In this document: positions 7,501 to 8,823 of the stretch, in pieces
Layout: each line of letters starts with the position of its first letter
Position numbering within the stretch: position 1 is the first letter of the stretch
Origin: Escherichia coli
Lineage (GTDB): Bacteria; Pseudomonadota; Gammaproteobacteria; Enterobacterales; Enterobacteriaceae
Direction: 5' to 3' (one strand)
NCBI RefSeq assembly: GCF_003334815.1
Contig: NZ_QOWO01000064.1
DNA length: 8,823 bases
The notes under the pieces: generated by a model
Told to the model about the DNA's origin: nothing
What the model saw: only the letters and a program-made list of their open reading frames with translations
The model's database searches: none
Made by a program: the position numbers and the translations under genes

Positions 7501-7653
7501 GAAAACACGTTCGACGTTATCTACATCAATGGCGATCATAACTTACCTACCGCCTTTACCGTTGATGAAGAAGACGGCGAGATTGTTCGTAGCCTGAAAA
7601 TTCGCCAGATCGAACCTGAATTCTTGAACCTGATGTTTGCGGAGGAGGTTTAA
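4549..7653 (+). CDS. Beta-class DNA methyltransferase (N6-adenine/N4-cytosine type, Type III Mod-like catalytic core) with a ~420-aa N-terminal extension, 1034 aa; candidate DrmMI-like component
   Basis: Motif IV DPPY (CLYIDPPYN, nt 6049-6060) precedes motif I FxGxG (LDYFAGSGTT, nt 6865-6891) by about 270 residues, which is the beta-class order with room for a target-recognition domain between them. I place the start at ATG 4549, preceded by AAAGAG; the track starts at an in-frame TTG at 4534, which remains a possible alternative. Only 20 nt separate it from the upstream stop. Confidence 0.88.
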   Translation: MSKYNELVKKLKEIFQIDRPELDFGIYRILNARADEINDYLDNKLKAKIQSALADAGNANKSELEHQLQLTIKAATDAGVDPADSPKVQELKKQLAAMASGANEHENAVFSHLLTFFSRYYDNGDFISKRRYKGNTYAIPYSGEEVMLHWANKDQYYIKSGENFANYSFKLEDGRKVSFKLLAADTAKDNRKDNELDRCFVLIEPHVRTKIDEEGDEYEQEYKPVEVVKNSSVVDGKLVETEELVIHFEYKAMKKGTKQDALVQSAISTILADKTVQQHWVDLAKRAPTEKNPSRTELERHLTTYTQRNTADYFIHKDLGGFLTNELDFYIKNEVMNLDNVQNAEVFANVEKQLRMIQCLRAVALELITFLAQIENFQKKLWTKKKFVVGHEYLVSLSNLSDSLYDKIRTNKGQHDEWVELYAVNKIPGYSFPFTKDFLYKNNGMILDTKYFDPSFKEVFLTELTNVDDNLDGLLINSDNYQAINFLEGRYKDSIDCLYIDPPYNTAASEILYKNEYKHSSWNSLMYERISKSYNLLKISAINFTAIDHAELYNLGKIKDEIYGEQNRIAVVTVQHNPKGRNQAKFFSENTEYMLVYAKDFNAANFNSVAIDEDVLLTFTEQDNIGRYRWENFIRARTSWSRANRPNNWYPLYVSSDLKSISVDYVDGYIEVYPTTKQGDFSWKNIKESFVELNKDNYFKAVNENGEIKIYHKYREQQVFKNLWIDKKYQSEFNGTNLLKNILGQSLFDYPKSLYAVQDAIKMSTPHNGIVLDYFAGSGTTSHAVINLNNSDNLCMKFINVEMGTHFNTVVIPRLKKIGYSNLWKQCKPIGKPQKMTIKYLKLESYEDALNNIQLRSYSLHQDIFDILVEDVKSEFALKYIFENELFYSLLNTDNFKKPFNYEMDIATDSAGATERKNIDLVETFNYLIGLHVKSIESDIARGYVRIEGTLPTGERTLILWRDCDKIGYEELNKYANRFDLYAKENTFDVIYINGDHNLPTAFTVDEEDGEIVRSLKIRQIEPEFLNLMFAEEV
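7641..7648 (+). promoter_or_regulatory. Shine-Dalgarno sequence GGAGGAGG for the third gene, embedded in the last codons of the methyltransferase gene
   Basis: GGAGGAGG lies 7 nt upstream of ATG 7656. The methyltransferase stop (7651-7653) and the next start are 2 nt apart, which suggests translational coupling. Confidence 0.6.
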
Positions 7654-7655
7654 GA

Positions 7656-8669
7656 ATGGCTAAAAAACCGACCACCGGTAAAGCAGTTAAAAAAGAGACT
7701 AACAGCAAGCTGAGCTTTCATAAACAACTGGTTTTAAACCGCTTTATGTTCCATTTTTTCAAAGATGGCACATTGCAAGGTTTGAAGAATCGGTTAGGCG
7801 AGGATCGCTTTGAAGGCATCCATGAAGATGGCCAAAGCTTGTTCTTCCATGAGCTGAGTAACTATTTATTCGAGGTCGATCTAATCGATCTCGATGAACT
7901 GCGTCGTTACGATCTCAATATCGTGCAGCACTGGCAGCAGATAACCGAGCACCGTAATCGTAAAGAAGACACTGTGCTGAACATGAAATATTTTCAGTAC
8001 TTGTCGCTTCTGTTTACCGAGATCTACCTGGACTGGTACTTCAATCGTAAACAGCAATTACTCGATGGGCTAAATAACGAGCTGGCAGCATACAATGCTG
8101 AAAATGATAAAACAGCAAAAGACCGGGCTAATCAGTTCAAATCATATGTTCTGGATGATTTGAATAAATTGGCATACTGGAACGCTACTGGTTCTGGTAA
8201 GACACTGCTATTACATGTCAATATTTTGCAATATTTACATTATTTCCAGAACGGTAATAGCCATCATTATCCGGATAAAATCATCCTGCTTACGCCGGAT
8301 GAACGCCTGTCGAAGCAACATTTAGATGAACTGGAAAACTCAGGGTTTACCCAATACCAGTTGTTCGATAAGAGTAAATCAGCGCCCTTCAAAGGCACGA
8401 TTGAAGTCATTGATATCAATAAACTTGATGATAAAATGGGCGACAAAACTGTTGCCGTTGAGGCATTTGAAGGCAACAATCTGGTCCTGATTGATGAAGG
8501 GCATAAAGGCACAGGAAGTGCTGCTGGTGCCTGGATGCGCCGTCGTGACAAGTTAACTCGTGACGGATTTGCGTTTGAATATTCAGCAACTTTTGGCCAG
8601 GCAGTAGCCGGTGGCAATAATGTGGAGGCAGTTGAAACAGAAATTCAGAAGAAAAAAGCAAAGCTCTGA
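7656..8669 (+). CDS. Helicase-like ATPase containing only the first RecA-like lobe (Type III Res-like / DrmA-like N-terminal region), 337 aa; probably truncated or disrupted
   Basis: Walker A ATGSGKT (nt 8184-8204; GSGKT at 8190-8204), motif II LIDEGH (DEGH at 8493-8504) and a motif III-like SAT (8583-8591) are present. The ORF stops at 8667-8669 with no motifs IV-VI and no arginine-finger region. The following 8670-8732 has stops in all three forward frames. Confidence 0.75.
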   Translation: MAKKPTTGKAVKKETNSKLSFHKQLVLNRFMFHFFKDGTLQGLKNRLGEDRFEGIHEDGQSLFFHELSNYLFEVDLIDLDELRRYDLNIVQHWQQITEHRNRKEDTVLNMKYFQYLSLLFTEIYLDWYFNRKQQLLDGLNNELAAYNAENDKTAKDRANQFKSYVLDDLNKLAYWNATGSGKTLLLHVNILQYLHYFQNGNSHHYPDKIILLTPDERLSKQHLDELENSGFTQYQLFDKSKSAPFKGTIEVIDINKLDDKMGDKTVAVEAFEGNNLVLIDEGHKGTGSAAGAWMRRRDKLTRDGFAFEYSATFGQAVAGGNNVEAVETEIQKKKAKL

Positions 8670-8823
8670 GAGATCCCCTCATAATTTCCCCAAAGCGTAA
8701 CCATGTGTGAATAAATTTTGAGCTAGTAGGGTTGCAGCCACGAGTAAGTCTTCCCTTGTTATTGTGTAGCCAGAATGCCGCAAAACTTCCATGCCTAAGC
8801 GAACTGTTGAGAGTACGTTTCGA

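Noticed and set aside
8697-8725. TGAATAAAT similarity to the IS903-type terminal inverted repeat (GGCTTTGTTGAATAAATC…)
   Set aside because: Only a 9-mer matches, the flanking terminal bases do not, and no transposase ORF is visible. Treated as coincidence.
1-8823. CRISPR arrays, rRNA or tRNA genes
   Set aside because: No regularly spaced repeat-spacer structure and no rRNA or tRNA-like sequence was seen anywhere in the window.

Overview
The window reads left to right as three parts. First, nt 1-1000 is the distal edge of a CP4-type cryptic-prophage-like module at roughly 50-58% GC: the last 14 codons of a CbtA/YeeV-family toxin, a 163-aa YeeW-like ORF, a 58-aa DUF957-like ORF and a possible 52-aa ORF. 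Second, nt 986-1636 is an AT-rich non-coding spacer containing hairpins, a short tandem repeat and a candidate promoter-terminator unit. Third, nt 1637-8669 is a tightly packed, co-directional three-gene cluster: a 963-aa SNF2-family helicase, a 1034-aa beta-class (DPPY before FxGxG) DNA methyltransferase with a ~420-aa N-terminal extension, and a 337-aa ORF that encodes only the first RecA-like helicase lobe before stopping. The last 154 nt have stops in all three forward frames across 8670-8732. I read the cluster as a candidate defence locus resembling class 1 DISARM (drmD-drmMI-drmA) or a Type III restriction-modification derivative, probably with a disrupted third gene. The methyltransferase gene is compositionally mosaic, with a ~1.4-kb block at about 20-27% GC carrying both catalytic motifs. 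All family assignments rest on motifs read by eye and on recall; no database search or alignment was run, and GC values are hand counts on sampled 60-nt lines.
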